Shown here piece by piece: positions 29,462 through 38,637 of a DNA stretch of 64,000 bases (positions within the stretch are counted from its first letter, which is position 1; each line of letters starts with the position of its first letter). The stretch comes from Spirochaetia bacterium (GTDB lineage: Bacteria > Spirochaetota > Spirochaetia > UBA9216). The notes under the pieces are model-generated. The model was not told the origin of the DNA. It saw only the letters and a program-made list of their open reading frames with translations, and ran no database searches. The stretch covers positions 32,001-96,000 of the forward strand of contig CAXXYH010000001.1 in NCBI GenBank assembly GCA_963677925.2. The letters are read 5' to 3'. Made by a program: the position numbers and the translations under genes.

Positions 29462-30064
29462 ATGGCAAGACAAAGAGATGAAAAAAAGAAAGAAGTAATA
29501 ATAGAAACTGCAACGGAACTGTTTGCCAGGAAAGGATTTCACGCTACATCCATCCAGGACATCGTTGCTGAATCGGGCCTGTCTGTAGGTACAATTTATC
29601 TTTACTTTGCCAATAAAGAAGAAATATTTGATGCCCTTCTCGATTCAGGCATTGAAATCCTGCGTATAGAGCTCTTTTTAAATATTGATATAGAGATGAG
29701 CAATCAGGAAAAAGCACTTCGGTTTACTGAAAATATCATGCAGCTTATCAAAAATCACAACAAAATAGTCACTGTTATCTTTAATGAGCTTAGTTTTCAA
29801 AACAAACTTCAGAATTTTTATCAGCGGATGGCTGGTATAATAGCAGAAAGATTTCATCAGGGCGATGCTGAAAGCATCTATGGGATGCTTAAACTGAATC
29901 ACAGGGAGTTCTTCGTATTCGTTACCATAGTTGCAACTGGAATAGCCAACGCAATCAGGATATCACTTGCGAGTGGTGAGCTTATGGATTACCGTGATGT
30001 TAAAAAAGTTCTGAATGAAATCATTTTAAAAAGTCTTGTAGACAGAATCGAAATCAATCAGTAA
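29462..30064 (+). CDS. TetR/AcrR family transcriptional regulator
   Basis: ELFARKGFHATSIQDIVAESGLSVGTIYLYFANKEEI HTH. Confidence 0.96.
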   Translation: MARQRDEKKKEVIIETATELFARKGFHATSIQDIVAESGLSVGTIYLYFANKEEIFDALLDSGIEILRIELFLNIDIEMSNQEKALRFTENIMQLIKNHNKIVTVIFNELSFQNKLQNFYQRMAGIIAERFHQGDAESIYGMLKLNHREFFVFVTIVATGIANAIRISLASGELMDYRDVKKVLNEIILKSLVDRIEINQ

Positions 30065-30081
30065 AAAAAGCCTGCTCCCTA

Positions 30082-30134
30082 TTGAATTTCAAACTAACGG
30101 TATGTATATTCTAATTAAAGAACGAGCATTCCTT
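30082..30134 (+). promoter_or_regulatory. Promoter plus candidate TetR operator 2 for the lipoprotein-tolC unit
   Basis: TTGAAT(30082)-17-TATATT(30105-30110); AAAGAACGAGCATTCCTT at 30117-30134. Confidence 0.55.
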
Positions 30135-30150
30135 TTTGGAGATTTTATAT

Positions 30151-31944
30151 ATGATGAAACTTAAAAAAAATATCCCGTTTGCAACAGCTGCTTTTATGGC
30201 TTTATCATTACTGCTTGCAGGCTGTTCTGTTGTCTTTACAAGTTCTGCAAACGGAAACATATCAGATTATGAACTGTATGAAAACGGAGATTCAGGCGCC
30301 GGAATCAGTGATGCCTATGTATATCTATATCTGGATGAGGCTGATCAGCTTAGCGATCTTGAGGCCTGGCAGGCTGATGAAAGCTTTCTGCCCGAGAACC
30401 GGACTGATACCGAACCCCTCTATTTTAACAAGACAGTTACAGATGACCAAGGCGACTATACTTTTAACGGCCTTATATGGAATGATTTATTCCCGAAATA
30501 CGGGAAGTCCGGAGACAGAAAAGAAGTCTTTCTGCTTTTTTACCATCGTAATTACGGCCTGGCCGCAAACCCCTCTCCGGTGTATATAGTTTCAGATGTT
30601 ACAAACCGGATTCCGGTTATAACGCTTAATAAAATTATGAATACTGCAGAAATCACCGGTGTTGTTACTGAAGCTGCAAGCGGCGATTACCTGGCAAATG
30701 CCACTGTTAATATCTGGGTGCCCCTGTCCTGGGAGTACAATTCAGACGGTTCCGTAAATACTGATGAAGCGAGTTTTACCTGGGCAGAAAATTCGACATA
30801 TACATCGAATACCGATGAGAACGGCGAATGGAGCAGAGAAATATCTTATAACATGCTGCCCTCTTCCACCGATAATGCCGGAACTGTGATTGTAAGAATT
30901 ACCTATTCCGCGGGGGGCTACATAGCCGAGAACGCCTCTGATGCCGACATAACCGACGGCGGCTGGGATATTGATGCTAACGGGGTTATTGATGATGATG
31001 AGAATACCGGCTATCTGCAGACTGCAGAGATATCAGCCGGAACATATCATGATACGGGTACAACCGCTCTTGCTGATGAGTTTAATACTTCTGAAATTTC
31101 CGGAACTGTAATTAATTCAAACACCGGAGAAGGTGAAGCGAATGTTATTGTTGAAATATTTGCAGCCGAAGAATGGACCTACAGTGATTCCTCGGATCCC
31201 GAAAGTATAATTTATACAGATATCGTCTGGCCTGAGAATCCCTCCTATACTCTTACAACCGATGATTCAGGAGAATACTCGCAGACTGTTGAGTTTGAAA
31301 GACGGCCGTCTGAAACAAACAACCTTGAAACCAGCTGTGTAAGAATTGTTTTTACAAAGAACAGCTTCCTGATAGATAATACAACAGATTCAAAGCTGAC
31401 AGACGGAGGCTGGGATCGTGACGGCAACGGCACAACAGAATCGGACGAGTCTGACGCCTACTATGAACCCGCTTATTATGATGCATCTGCTCACACCAAT
31501 TATATCCTTCACAATGAACAGAGCACGGATATGGGTAGCATAGTTATCAAGCAGACCGAGTTCAGCGAAACATTGTCCGGGGAGGTCTGGAACGCAGCCG
31601 GAACATTGCAGGTAAACGGCGTTGAAGTATGGCTGTTTTTTAATCCTGACGCCGCAACACTTCTGACTGCAGCTCCGGCAGACGGCGATGCTCCTGATTA
31701 TATTGATACAACTGTAAACCAGATTATAGACACCAATAATTATGAGAAGGGCCATTTCTCATTTGACGGACTTGAATGGACAGATACTGCTTACACCGGT
31801 AACCAGAGCCGTGCCTCATACTACCTCTACCTGCCGACCTCTGCTGAAATTGAGGCAGGGGTATATGATATTGCGAATGCGGCCAATCTTGAGAAGGGTT
31901 ATGTTACCGCGGGATCTTCAAACTATGTGAGTCTGACCCAATGA
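30151..31944 (+). CDS. Large acidic lipoprotein with about 4 repeated beta-sandwich (carboxypeptidase-regulatory/prealbumin-like) domains and DxDxNG motifs
   Basis: Lipobox LLAGC; internal repeats NTAEITGVV / NTSEISGTV / SETLSGEV; DGGWDIDANG and DGGWDRDGNG; GGAG RBS before ATG 30151. Fold assignment is inferred. Confidence 0.75.
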   Translation: MMKLKKNIPFATAAFMALSLLLAGCSVVFTSSANGNISDYELYENGDSGAGISDAYVYLYLDEADQLSDLEAWQADESFLPENRTDTEPLYFNKTVTDDQGDYTFNGLIWNDLFPKYGKSGDRKEVFLLFYHRNYGLAANPSPVYIVSDVTNRIPVITLNKIMNTAEITGVVTEAASGDYLANATVNIWVPLSWEYNSDGSVNTDEASFTWAENSTYTSNTDENGEWSREISYNMLPSSTDNAGTVIVRITYSAGGYIAENASDADITDGGWDIDANGVIDDDENTGYLQTAEISAGTYHDTGTTALADEFNTSEISGTVINSNTGEGEANVIVEIFAAEEWTYSDSSDPESIIYTDIVWPENPSYTLTTDDSGEYSQTVEFERRPSETNNLETSCVRIVFTKNSFLIDNTTDSKLTDGGWDRDGNGTTESDESDAYYEPAYYDASAHTNYILHNEQSTDMGSIVIKQTEFSETLSGEVWNAAGTLQVNGVEVWLFFNPDAATLLTAAPADGDAPDYIDTTVNQIIDTNNYEKGHFSFDGLEWTDTAYTGNQSRASYYLYLPTSAEIEAGVYDIANAANLEKGYVTAGSSNYVSLTQ

Positions 31945-33368
31945 TAAAAAAACTGAGAGCTGCCCGAAAGGTGTCGGGATTTTTAAAAATAATTATTGCT
32001 GCAGTTCTCTTCAGCTGTACTCAGCTGCTTTCTGCAGAGGATTCTTTGAAACTCACACCTGAAAGCCTATATAAATCGGCTGTTGAAAATAACATCAGTC
32101 TTATTCAGCTGGGAATTGAGAAGATGCAGTCTGAAGCCGATCTTAAAAAGGCAAAAGCCGCACGCTTTCCGACGGTGGATTTTCAGACAACCATGACATA
32201 TATGACCAATCCCATGATCGAGCCTATAACTCTTACCGCAGGAGAACTGGGAAGCTATAGTACCGGCGGAAGCGATATTCTTCTTCCTTCTGAAGATATG
32301 GTTATATACAAGGGTTCGGAAAATACCCATTATAATTTTCAGTTTACATTTGATCAGCCCGTTTTCACCTGGGGTAAAATAAAGAATATGGAGCTTCTGT
32401 ACAGTTCTATCAATGAAACAAGCGGACTGCAGCTTCAGAAGAAACAGCATGAGATACGCACAAGCCTCTATATTTACTCATATGTTCTTTATTACATCAG
32501 CTTGATTGAAGATACTCTGAAGATGCAGAAATCGGTTTCAGAACGGATGATTGAAATAGCTGATGAATCATACAAAAACGGATTTATACTCTATGCCGAT
32601 CTTCTGGATGCCCGGATTAAAGCAAGCGAGATTAATGTGGCGGAGGCTCAGCTTAAACAGCAGCGGGAACAGACCCTGCTTCAGCTGGCAAGGCTTTCCG
32701 GAATAAAGGATATTTCTGCCCAGGACTTTGATTTTGATTTCATCAGTGAAATAAACAGTCTTGAAGTTCCCGGACGGGATGAATGTATGAAAAGCTCACT
32801 ATCAAACAGTCCAGATATTCAGCTTCTGACAAGAGTAAAAAGAATAAATGAATTAAAATTAGATATCAGCCGGGCTTCTACAGGGTTTAAACCTGATATC
32901 GGGCTGCATTTTGAACTTTCATATTCGGGTTCGCGATTTCCTTTTATTGAAACAGACTGGTTCGGTCAGGATTCACTTGGGCTGACATCAACCATTGCAG
33001 TTTCAGGAAATGTTTTTGACGGAGGAAGCGCTCTTGCAGATGCCCAAAAAGACAGCTATGAGCTGGAGAAAGCCATGTACGATTATGAAGACGGTGTTGA
33101 TTCAATCAGACAGTATATTTCAGAAACTCTGCTCAAGCTTGAGCTAAACAGAAGGAATATTGAATATCACCGTCTGAAACAGGAAAACGATAGCCTTCAG
33201 ATTGGTATAAAAAATACTCAGTTTACAGCCGGATCCGGAGATGAAACAGATTTGCTCGAAGAGGAATTAAACCTGTATACCGACAGGATATCGGAATACA
33301 GGGAGTCAATCGATTTTTATACCAATTATTACTCCCTTTACGGTGCCTATGCTTTACCTGAGTTTTGA
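31941..33368 (+). CDS. TolC family outer membrane efflux protein
   Basis: Signal peptide, AVENN...KAKAARFPTVD, QPVFTWGKI and a second repeat (SNSPDI...FKPDI...NVFDGG); ATGA overlap with the lipoprotein gene. Confidence 0.88.
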   Translation: MIKKLRAARKVSGFLKIIIAAVLFSCTQLLSAEDSLKLTPESLYKSAVENNISLIQLGIEKMQSEADLKKAKAARFPTVDFQTTMTYMTNPMIEPITLTAGELGSYSTGGSDILLPSEDMVIYKGSENTHYNFQFTFDQPVFTWGKIKNMELLYSSINETSGLQLQKKQHEIRTSLYIYSYVLYYISLIEDTLKMQKSVSERMIEIADESYKNGFILYADLLDARIKASEINVAEAQLKQQREQTLLQLARLSGIKDISAQDFDFDFISEINSLEVPGRDECMKSSLSNSPDIQLLTRVKRINELKLDISRASTGFKPDIGLHFELSYSGSRFPFIETDWFGQDSLGLTSTIAVSGNVFDGGSALADAQKDSYELEKAMYDYEDGVDSIRQYISETLLKLELNRRNIEYHRLKQENDSLQIGIKNTQFTAGSGDETDLLEEELNLYTDRISEYRESIDFYTNYYSLYGAYALPEF

Positions 33369-34273
33369 TTGAAATAATGGTTTCCCGCAGGGTTATATAT
33401 CAATTTTAAGGCTCCGGGTATTATTCTGATATCGAAAGCATCAGAAAAAATCAGCTCACCGTCTAGGTGGGCAGCAACTTTCTGTGAGAACGTCAGCTTA
33501 AGTGTTGATGCCCTGAAGTACTCAATCAGCGGATCTGCAATATGAGTACCCTTGGGAACCTGGGTCAGTATAGACATTCGCTTCATCAGTTTCAAAGGGT
33601 TGATATGCAGCACGTCAAGAAGTCCGTCATCGGCAATGGCTTCCGGGGTGAGGAAGAAATTACCTGCAAAACGCCGGCCTATCGAACAGGTGGTCATAAA
33701 ACATTTTTCTGTCGTTGAGCTGCCGTCTCTGGTAAATGTAAGTTCCCGCTCTTTATATCCAAGCAGTGTTTTTACTATGTAGTAATTATACTTTGCCCGG
33801 CTGATGCGTCCGGTTCTAAGGCGATCTTCGGTCACAGCCGCTGTCATTTCTGCATCAAAGCCTATACCCATTCCGTTGAAAAATGGATTTCCGTTACAGT
33901 CTCCAACATCTACAGCTTTTGCCTCGGCATTAAGGAAGGTCTCCCATTCAAACTGTTCGAAAACGTCGCTGAATCCGCTGATCTGCATAAAATCATTTCC
34001 GGTGCCGGTGGGAACTACCCCGAGAATTATATCATTACCAAGAGCCGCCTTTGCTGCCTCATTAAAAGTGCCGTCTCCGCCTGCAACTGCTATGTGAGTA
34101 ATCCCCTTGTTTATCATTTCTTCTGCAAGCTGGGTTGCATGACCGGGCTGCTCTGTAAATTTAATCACTGCGGAATCATCTATTCTGTTGAATTTTTTCA
34201 TTATAACCTGACGTTTATCGTCAGAAAGTCCGCCGCCTGCTGCCGGATTTATTATTACACCCCATTTTGCCAT
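33347..34273 (-). CDS. Diacylglycerol/lipid kinase (YegS/DgkB family)
   Basis: NPAAG, GGDGT, PTGTGNDF, DDGLLD and DGE motifs. Confidence 0.93.
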   Translation of the reverse strand: MAKWGVIINPAAGGGLSDDKRQVIMKKFNRIDDSAVIKFTEQPGHATQLAEEMINKGITHIAVAGGDGTFNEAAKAALGNDIILGVVPTGTGNDFMQISGFSDVFEQFEWETFLNAEAKAVDVGDCNGNPFFNGMGIGFDAEMTAAVTEDRLRTGRISRAKYNYYIVKTLLGYKERELTFTRDGSSTTEKCFMTTCSIGRRFAGNFFLTPEAIADDGLLDVLHINPLKLMKRMSILTQVPKGTHIADPLIEYFRASTLKLTFSQKVAAHLDGELIFSDAFDIRIIPGALKLIYNPAGNHYFNQNSGKA

Positions 34274-34275
34274 AA

Positions 34276-35037
34276 TTATCCCTCTGTTCTTTTACTGTAT
34301 CGGTATTCAGATTCTACAGCCTCTTTTACTTTGAGAGCAATTTCAGAATCTGATAATTCCAAAAGTTTATCGGCCTCCAGCGGGCGGCCGATTACTATTT
34401 CAAGCTGTTCAGTAGTGTTTATATGTCTTTGATATTTTGATTTCCAGTAATACAGCCCATTAATTGTTATCGGCAGAACATCAGTTTCTGATTCTCTTAA
34501 AATACGGATAAACCCTTTTCTGAAATCTGCAATGCTGCCGTCGTCTGTTCTGGTTCCTTCGGGAAACATCAGGATAACCAGGCCCTCATTTGAACGTTCT
34601 GCGGCCAGTCTGATAGCTTCAAGGCTTTTTCGCCAGCTTGACGGTTCAATAGGTATATATTTAAGCCTTTTCAGCATTATATTGAAAAGAGGAAGATGCA
34701 GCAGTTTCTCACGTCCCACCCAGGCTCCGTTGGGAATTACAGTCATTACAGCAGGAATATCAAGATAGCTGGTGTGATTCATGACTGCTATGTAGGATTT
34801 TCCCTTTTCTATATAATTCCTGTTTGTAATATGCAGCCTTCTCCCCATGCTCCAGAAAAGTGAATGAGCCCAGAATTTCAGCAGGAGCCTGTTCAGGGCA
34901 TCGAATCTCAAGAGGGAAAATAAAATTACGGGTATGAGCATGATCATTGTAAAAACATAGTGAAGGCAGTAATGGATGAGGGTCGGTAGTATTTCTCTGA
35001 TTAAAAGAGTTTTCAAGTCACGATTTTTATTTCTCAT
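34276..35037 (-). CDS. plsC: Lysophospholipid acyltransferase (PlsC family)
   Basis: NHTSYLD (HX4D) and FPEGTRT motifs. Confidence 0.9.
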   Translation of the reverse strand: MRNKNRDLKTLLIREILPTLIHYCLHYVFTMIMLIPVILFSLLRFDALNRLLLKFWAHSLFWSMGRRLHITNRNYIEKGKSYIAVMNHTSYLDIPAVMTVIPNGAWVGREKLLHLPLFNIMLKRLKYIPIEPSSWRKSLEAIRLAAERSNEGLVILMFPEGTRTDDGSIADFRKGFIRILRESETDVLPITINGLYYWKSKYQRHINTTEQLEIVIGRPLEADKLLELSDSEIALKVKEAVESEYRYSKRTEG

Positions 35038-35109
35038 TATGCTATATAGAATATATGGGTAACTGCAGTCTTTTGCAAGCTAAAACTTTTTCGGTATTAT
35101 TTATAATAT

Positions 35110-36243
35110 TCAGCCGGAAAAGTTGTCATCGGCAAGCTGTTCGTTAACAGCCCAGAATTCTTCAAAATTTTCAATAAGAATATCGACAAGCACAGGATCA
35201 AAGTGTCTCCCTCTTTCTTCTTCAAAAAGGTCAAACACACGTTCCTTGTCCCAGGCGTCTTTGTATACCCTCGAATTGGATATAGCATCAAAAACATCAG
35301 CCACAGCTGTAATTCGGCCGTAAAGGCTTATATCTTCTCCCTTAAGACCCTTCGGATATCCGCTTCCGTCCCATTTTTCATGATGCTGAAGAGCAATTTC
35401 TGCAGCTGCCTTGAATATCTGACGTTCCGAATGATTAAGCATGTCAAATCCGATAAAGGTATGGCTTTTCATCCTCTGCTTTTCTTCTTCTGTAAGAGGT
35501 CCGGGTTTAAGCAGTATTTCATCAGGTATTGCAATCTTGCCTATATCATGCAGCGGTGAAGCTGTTTTCAGCAGTACCGCATCCTGTTCCTTTAATCCGT
35601 AATGGAGGGCCAGAATCCGCGAAAATTCAGAAACACGCTTTACGTGATTACCGGTCTCCTTTGATCTCATTTCACCTGCTTCAGCAAGTGCAAAAATCAT
35701 TTCCTTGAATGAGCTTTCTGTTTCCTCCTGAAGGAGAACAGCTTCAAGCTGGTTACCGGCATAACTTGCTGCAAGAACAAGTCTTTCCTGATCTTCCCTG
35801 GTAAATTCCTTCTGCTCTGTGAGGCTGTTTAAAACCTGAACTACACCAATCATTTTACCATGGCTGTCTTTTATCGGCAGGGCAATAATTCCGTAGGTAT
35901 GGTAGCCGGTTTTCTGATCAACCTCCTTATCGAATCTGTCATCAGAATAAGGATCGTTTATTATTAATGGTTCGCCCGTTGTTGCAACTACACCGGCAAT
36001 ACCCTTCTCGAGAGGTATTTCTATCCTGTCGACCCCGTGTGCGACTATAGTCCAGAGAATTCTGCTTCTTTCATCAATAAGCCAAACGGTACAGCGGTCT
36101 GCACATACAATATCCCTGCCGAAGTCGGCAATGACATTGAGAATCCTGTCTACGCTTCTTTCTTTTGCAATGCGTTTCAGGTAATCAAAGATAATATCGA
36201 GCAGACGCTCTGCGCTTGGGCGTTCAACAAATGAATGTTCCAT
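35110..36243 (-). CDS. GAF + HD-GYP cyclic dinucleotide phosphodiesterase
   Basis: GAF domain (GIAGVVATTGEPLIINDPYSDDRF), HDIGKI, HHEKWDGSGYP and ADVFDA. Confidence 0.93.
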   Translation of the reverse strand: MEHSFVERPSAERLLDIIFDYLKRIAKERSVDRILNVIADFGRDIVCADRCTVWLIDERSRILWTIVAHGVDRIEIPLEKGIAGVVATTGEPLIINDPYSDDRFDKEVDQKTGYHTYGIIALPIKDSHGKMIGVVQVLNSLTEQKEFTREDQERLVLAASYAGNQLEAVLLQEETESSFKEMIFALAEAGEMRSKETGNHVKRVSEFSRILALHYGLKEQDAVLLKTASPLHDIGKIAIPDEILLKPGPLTEEEKQRMKSHTFIGFDMLNHSERQIFKAAAEIALQHHEKWDGSGYPKGLKGEDISLYGRITAVADVFDAISNSRVYKDAWDKERVFDLFEEERGRHFDPVLVDILIENFEEFWAVNEQLADDNFSG

Positions 36244-36363
36244 GTTCCTATTTAGAAAGATACTATAAACAAGGTTAAAATCAAAGTCTTTTACTTATTT
36301 TTTTTTATTTCAATTCATCTTAAATGTCTCTAAATGTCTATTATAATACCTTAAAGTACACTA

Positions 36364-36392
36364 TTGACAAAGTGTGTATGCATACATATTCT
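36364..36392 (+). promoter_or_regulatory. Sigma70 promoter with a 12-bp palindromic operator in the spacer
   Basis: TTGACA(36364)-17-TATTCT(36387); TGTATGCATACA at 36375-36386; AGGAGG RBS before ATG 36411. Confidence 0.7.
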
Positions 36393-36410
36393 TTATCTCA
36401 GGAGGGATAC

Positions 36411-37304
36411 ATGAAACTGTCATCTCTAATTGAAAAAGAATATATAATCACCGGTAGCAAGGCAGAAACCCGGGAAGACGTTATCAGGGAAGCTATCGGA
36501 CAGCTTTATCAATTCAGATCACTGTCTATAAGCAAAAAAGATGCTATTGATGCAATAATGGAGCGTGATACTCTGGGAGGCACCGTATTCCCAACCGGGA
36601 TGGCGATTCCCCATGCAAGACTGAAGGATTTTGAAGATCTTGTTATTATGATGGTCCTGCCGAAGACCCCAATAAGGGTTGAGGATGTTGATGTAAGCTG
36701 CTTTGTTATCATGCTTACATCTCTGAGTGTTTCTAATACCTATCTTCAGGTGCTTGCTTCATTTTCAAAAATGTCTACCGACAGGGAATTTTATACACAG
36801 ATGATTGCCTGCAGTACAGTAGATGATATTCACCGTCAGCTTTCAACAATTTATATCAAAAAAGATCTTACAGTTGAAGACATAATGATAACTGATTTCA
36901 ATTCAATCAAGCCGGAAAATACTATCAAAGAGCTTATTGATATCTTCTACAAGGAAAGGACAAGCTACCTTCCGGTTGTGGACAGCAGCAAAAATTTTCT
37001 GGGTGAAGTCCGGATTAACGACTTAATTGCAATAGGTATTCCCCAGTACGCTGTTTCGATAGGAAGCCTGAGTTTTCTGTCTAATTTTGAACCCTTTGAA
37101 AAGCTGCTTCGAGAGGAGGAAAACATTCTCACCAGGGATGTAATGAAAAAGCCCGCAGAAAAACTAAAACCGGGAGCTTCTGTTATTGAGGCTGCATTGA
37201 AAATGACTAAAGGCGGTTTAAGACATCTGCCGGTTATTCAGGACGGGAAGATTGTAGGAATTCTTAACATCATGGACATACTAACAAAGGTTTTAAGGAG
37301 GTAG
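36411..37304 (+). CDS. PTS EIIA (Ntr/Fru-type) domain fused to a CBS pair
   Basis: ERDTLGGT...GMAIPHARL (phospho-His site), then VEDIM...YLPVVD and DVMKK...RHLPVIQDGKIVGIL CBS motifs; start placed after the strong RBS. Confidence 0.88.
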   Translation: MKLSSLIEKEYIITGSKAETREDVIREAIGQLYQFRSLSISKKDAIDAIMERDTLGGTVFPTGMAIPHARLKDFEDLVIMMVLPKTPIRVEDVDVSCFVIMLTSLSVSNTYLQVLASFSKMSTDREFYTQMIACSTVDDIHRQLSTIYIKKDLTVEDIMITDFNSIKPENTIKELIDIFYKERTSYLPVVDSSKNFLGEVRINDLIAIGIPQYAVSIGSLSFLSNFEPFEKLLREEENILTRDVMKKPAEKLKPGASVIEAALKMTKGGLRHLPVIQDGKIVGILNIMDILTKVLRR

Positions 37305-37308
37305 CATC

Positions 37309-38586
37309 ATGAGTATACTTGCAATTGCCGGTATTGTTATTTTCACTGCGATATTCATCATGATATCCCTCGAAAAAATTAATCAGACCATTCTGGCGCT
37401 TCTTGGTGCCGTTATTTTTATAATTGCCGGAATAATTGACCAGGAGACTGCTTTTTCTGAAGTTGACTGGAATGTAATTTTTCTTCTTATAGGAATGATG
37501 GTAATTGTCGGAATCACAAAGAACTCAGGAATCTTCCAATATGCAGCAATAGTTACCGCAAAAGCAGTAAAGGGTGACCCCTTTAAAATACTGCTTCTTT
37601 TTGCCTTTCTGAGCGCTATCTTCTCGGCAATACTGGATAATGTAACTACGGTTTTAATTCTTACACCGGTAACCATACTCATTGCTGTTGAGCTCGGGGT
37701 CGATCCGGTTCCATTTGTAATAACCAGTGCTATTGCCTCAAATATCGGCGGTACCGCTACACTTATTGGTGATCCTCCGAATATTATGATAGGAAGTGCC
37801 GCAGATTTCGGGTTTCTTGATTTTATTGTAACACTGGGGCCTATTGTAGTGATCAACTTTATAATCCTCTGCGTTATTTTATATTTTCTCTTCAGCAAGA
37901 AGCTGAAGGTAAGTATCGAAAGACGAGCCAGAATTATGGAATTTGATGAAAGACAGTCAATTAAGGACAAGGGGCTTTTGATAAAATCGCTTACAGTAAT
38001 AGGTCTTGTAATTGCAGCCTTCCTTCTGCACGATTTAATAGGAATAAAGCCGGCCACTATAGCACTCTGCGGGGCTGCTGTACTTATGCTTCTTGCCGGC
38101 GGAGAGGAAGTGGATAAATACTTTCATGAGGTTGAATGGGGTACTATATTTTTCTTCATAGGTCTGTTTATCATGGTAGGAGGACTGGTTGAACTTGGTG
38201 TTATAGGAAAACTTTCGCAGGGACTTCTATCGCTTACTGAGGGCAATATTCCGCTTACCTCACAGCTTACACTCTGGTTTTCGGGCTTCATATCTACAAT
38301 TGTGAATAATATCCCCTACGTTGCAACCATGGTACCGCTGGTAGAGCATATGGGTGAGACTCTTGGGCCGGATGCAGTTAACCCTGTATGGTGGTCGCTT
38401 GCTCTCGGTTCCTGTCTCGGCGGTAACGGAACACTTATAGGAGCTTCCGCCAATGTCGTGGGTGCGGGAATTGCCGGGAAAAACGGATACAGGATTTCGT
38501 TCTTTGAGTTCACTAAGTACGGAGCCTTCATAACCCTTATAACTCTCGGGGCATCAAGCCTGTATATTCATCTGCTTTTCAGATAA
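37309..38586 (+). CDS. ArsB/NhaD (IT superfamily, P-protein-like) transporter
   Basis: LDNVTTVL, SNIGGTATLIGDPPNIMI, NNIPYVATM and LGGNGTLIGASANVV motifs. Confidence 0.92.
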   Translation: MSILAIAGIVIFTAIFIMISLEKINQTILALLGAVIFIIAGIIDQETAFSEVDWNVIFLLIGMMVIVGITKNSGIFQYAAIVTAKAVKGDPFKILLLFAFLSAIFSAILDNVTTVLILTPVTILIAVELGVDPVPFVITSAIASNIGGTATLIGDPPNIMIGSAADFGFLDFIVTLGPIVVINFIILCVILYFLFSKKLKVSIERRARIMEFDERQSIKDKGLLIKSLTVIGLVIAAFLLHDLIGIKPATIALCGAAVLMLLAGGEEVDKYFHEVEWGTIFFFIGLFIMVGGLVELGVIGKLSQGLLSLTEGNIPLTSQLTLWFSGFISTIVNNIPYVATMVPLVEHMGETLGPDAVNPVWWSLALGSCLGGNGTLIGASANVVGAGIAGKNGYRISFFEFTKYGAFITLITLGASSLYIHLLFR

Positions 38587-38637
38587 CAGCAATAAAATTG
38601 TTTCATAACCGGGCTTATGCTGTATAATTATCCTGTT

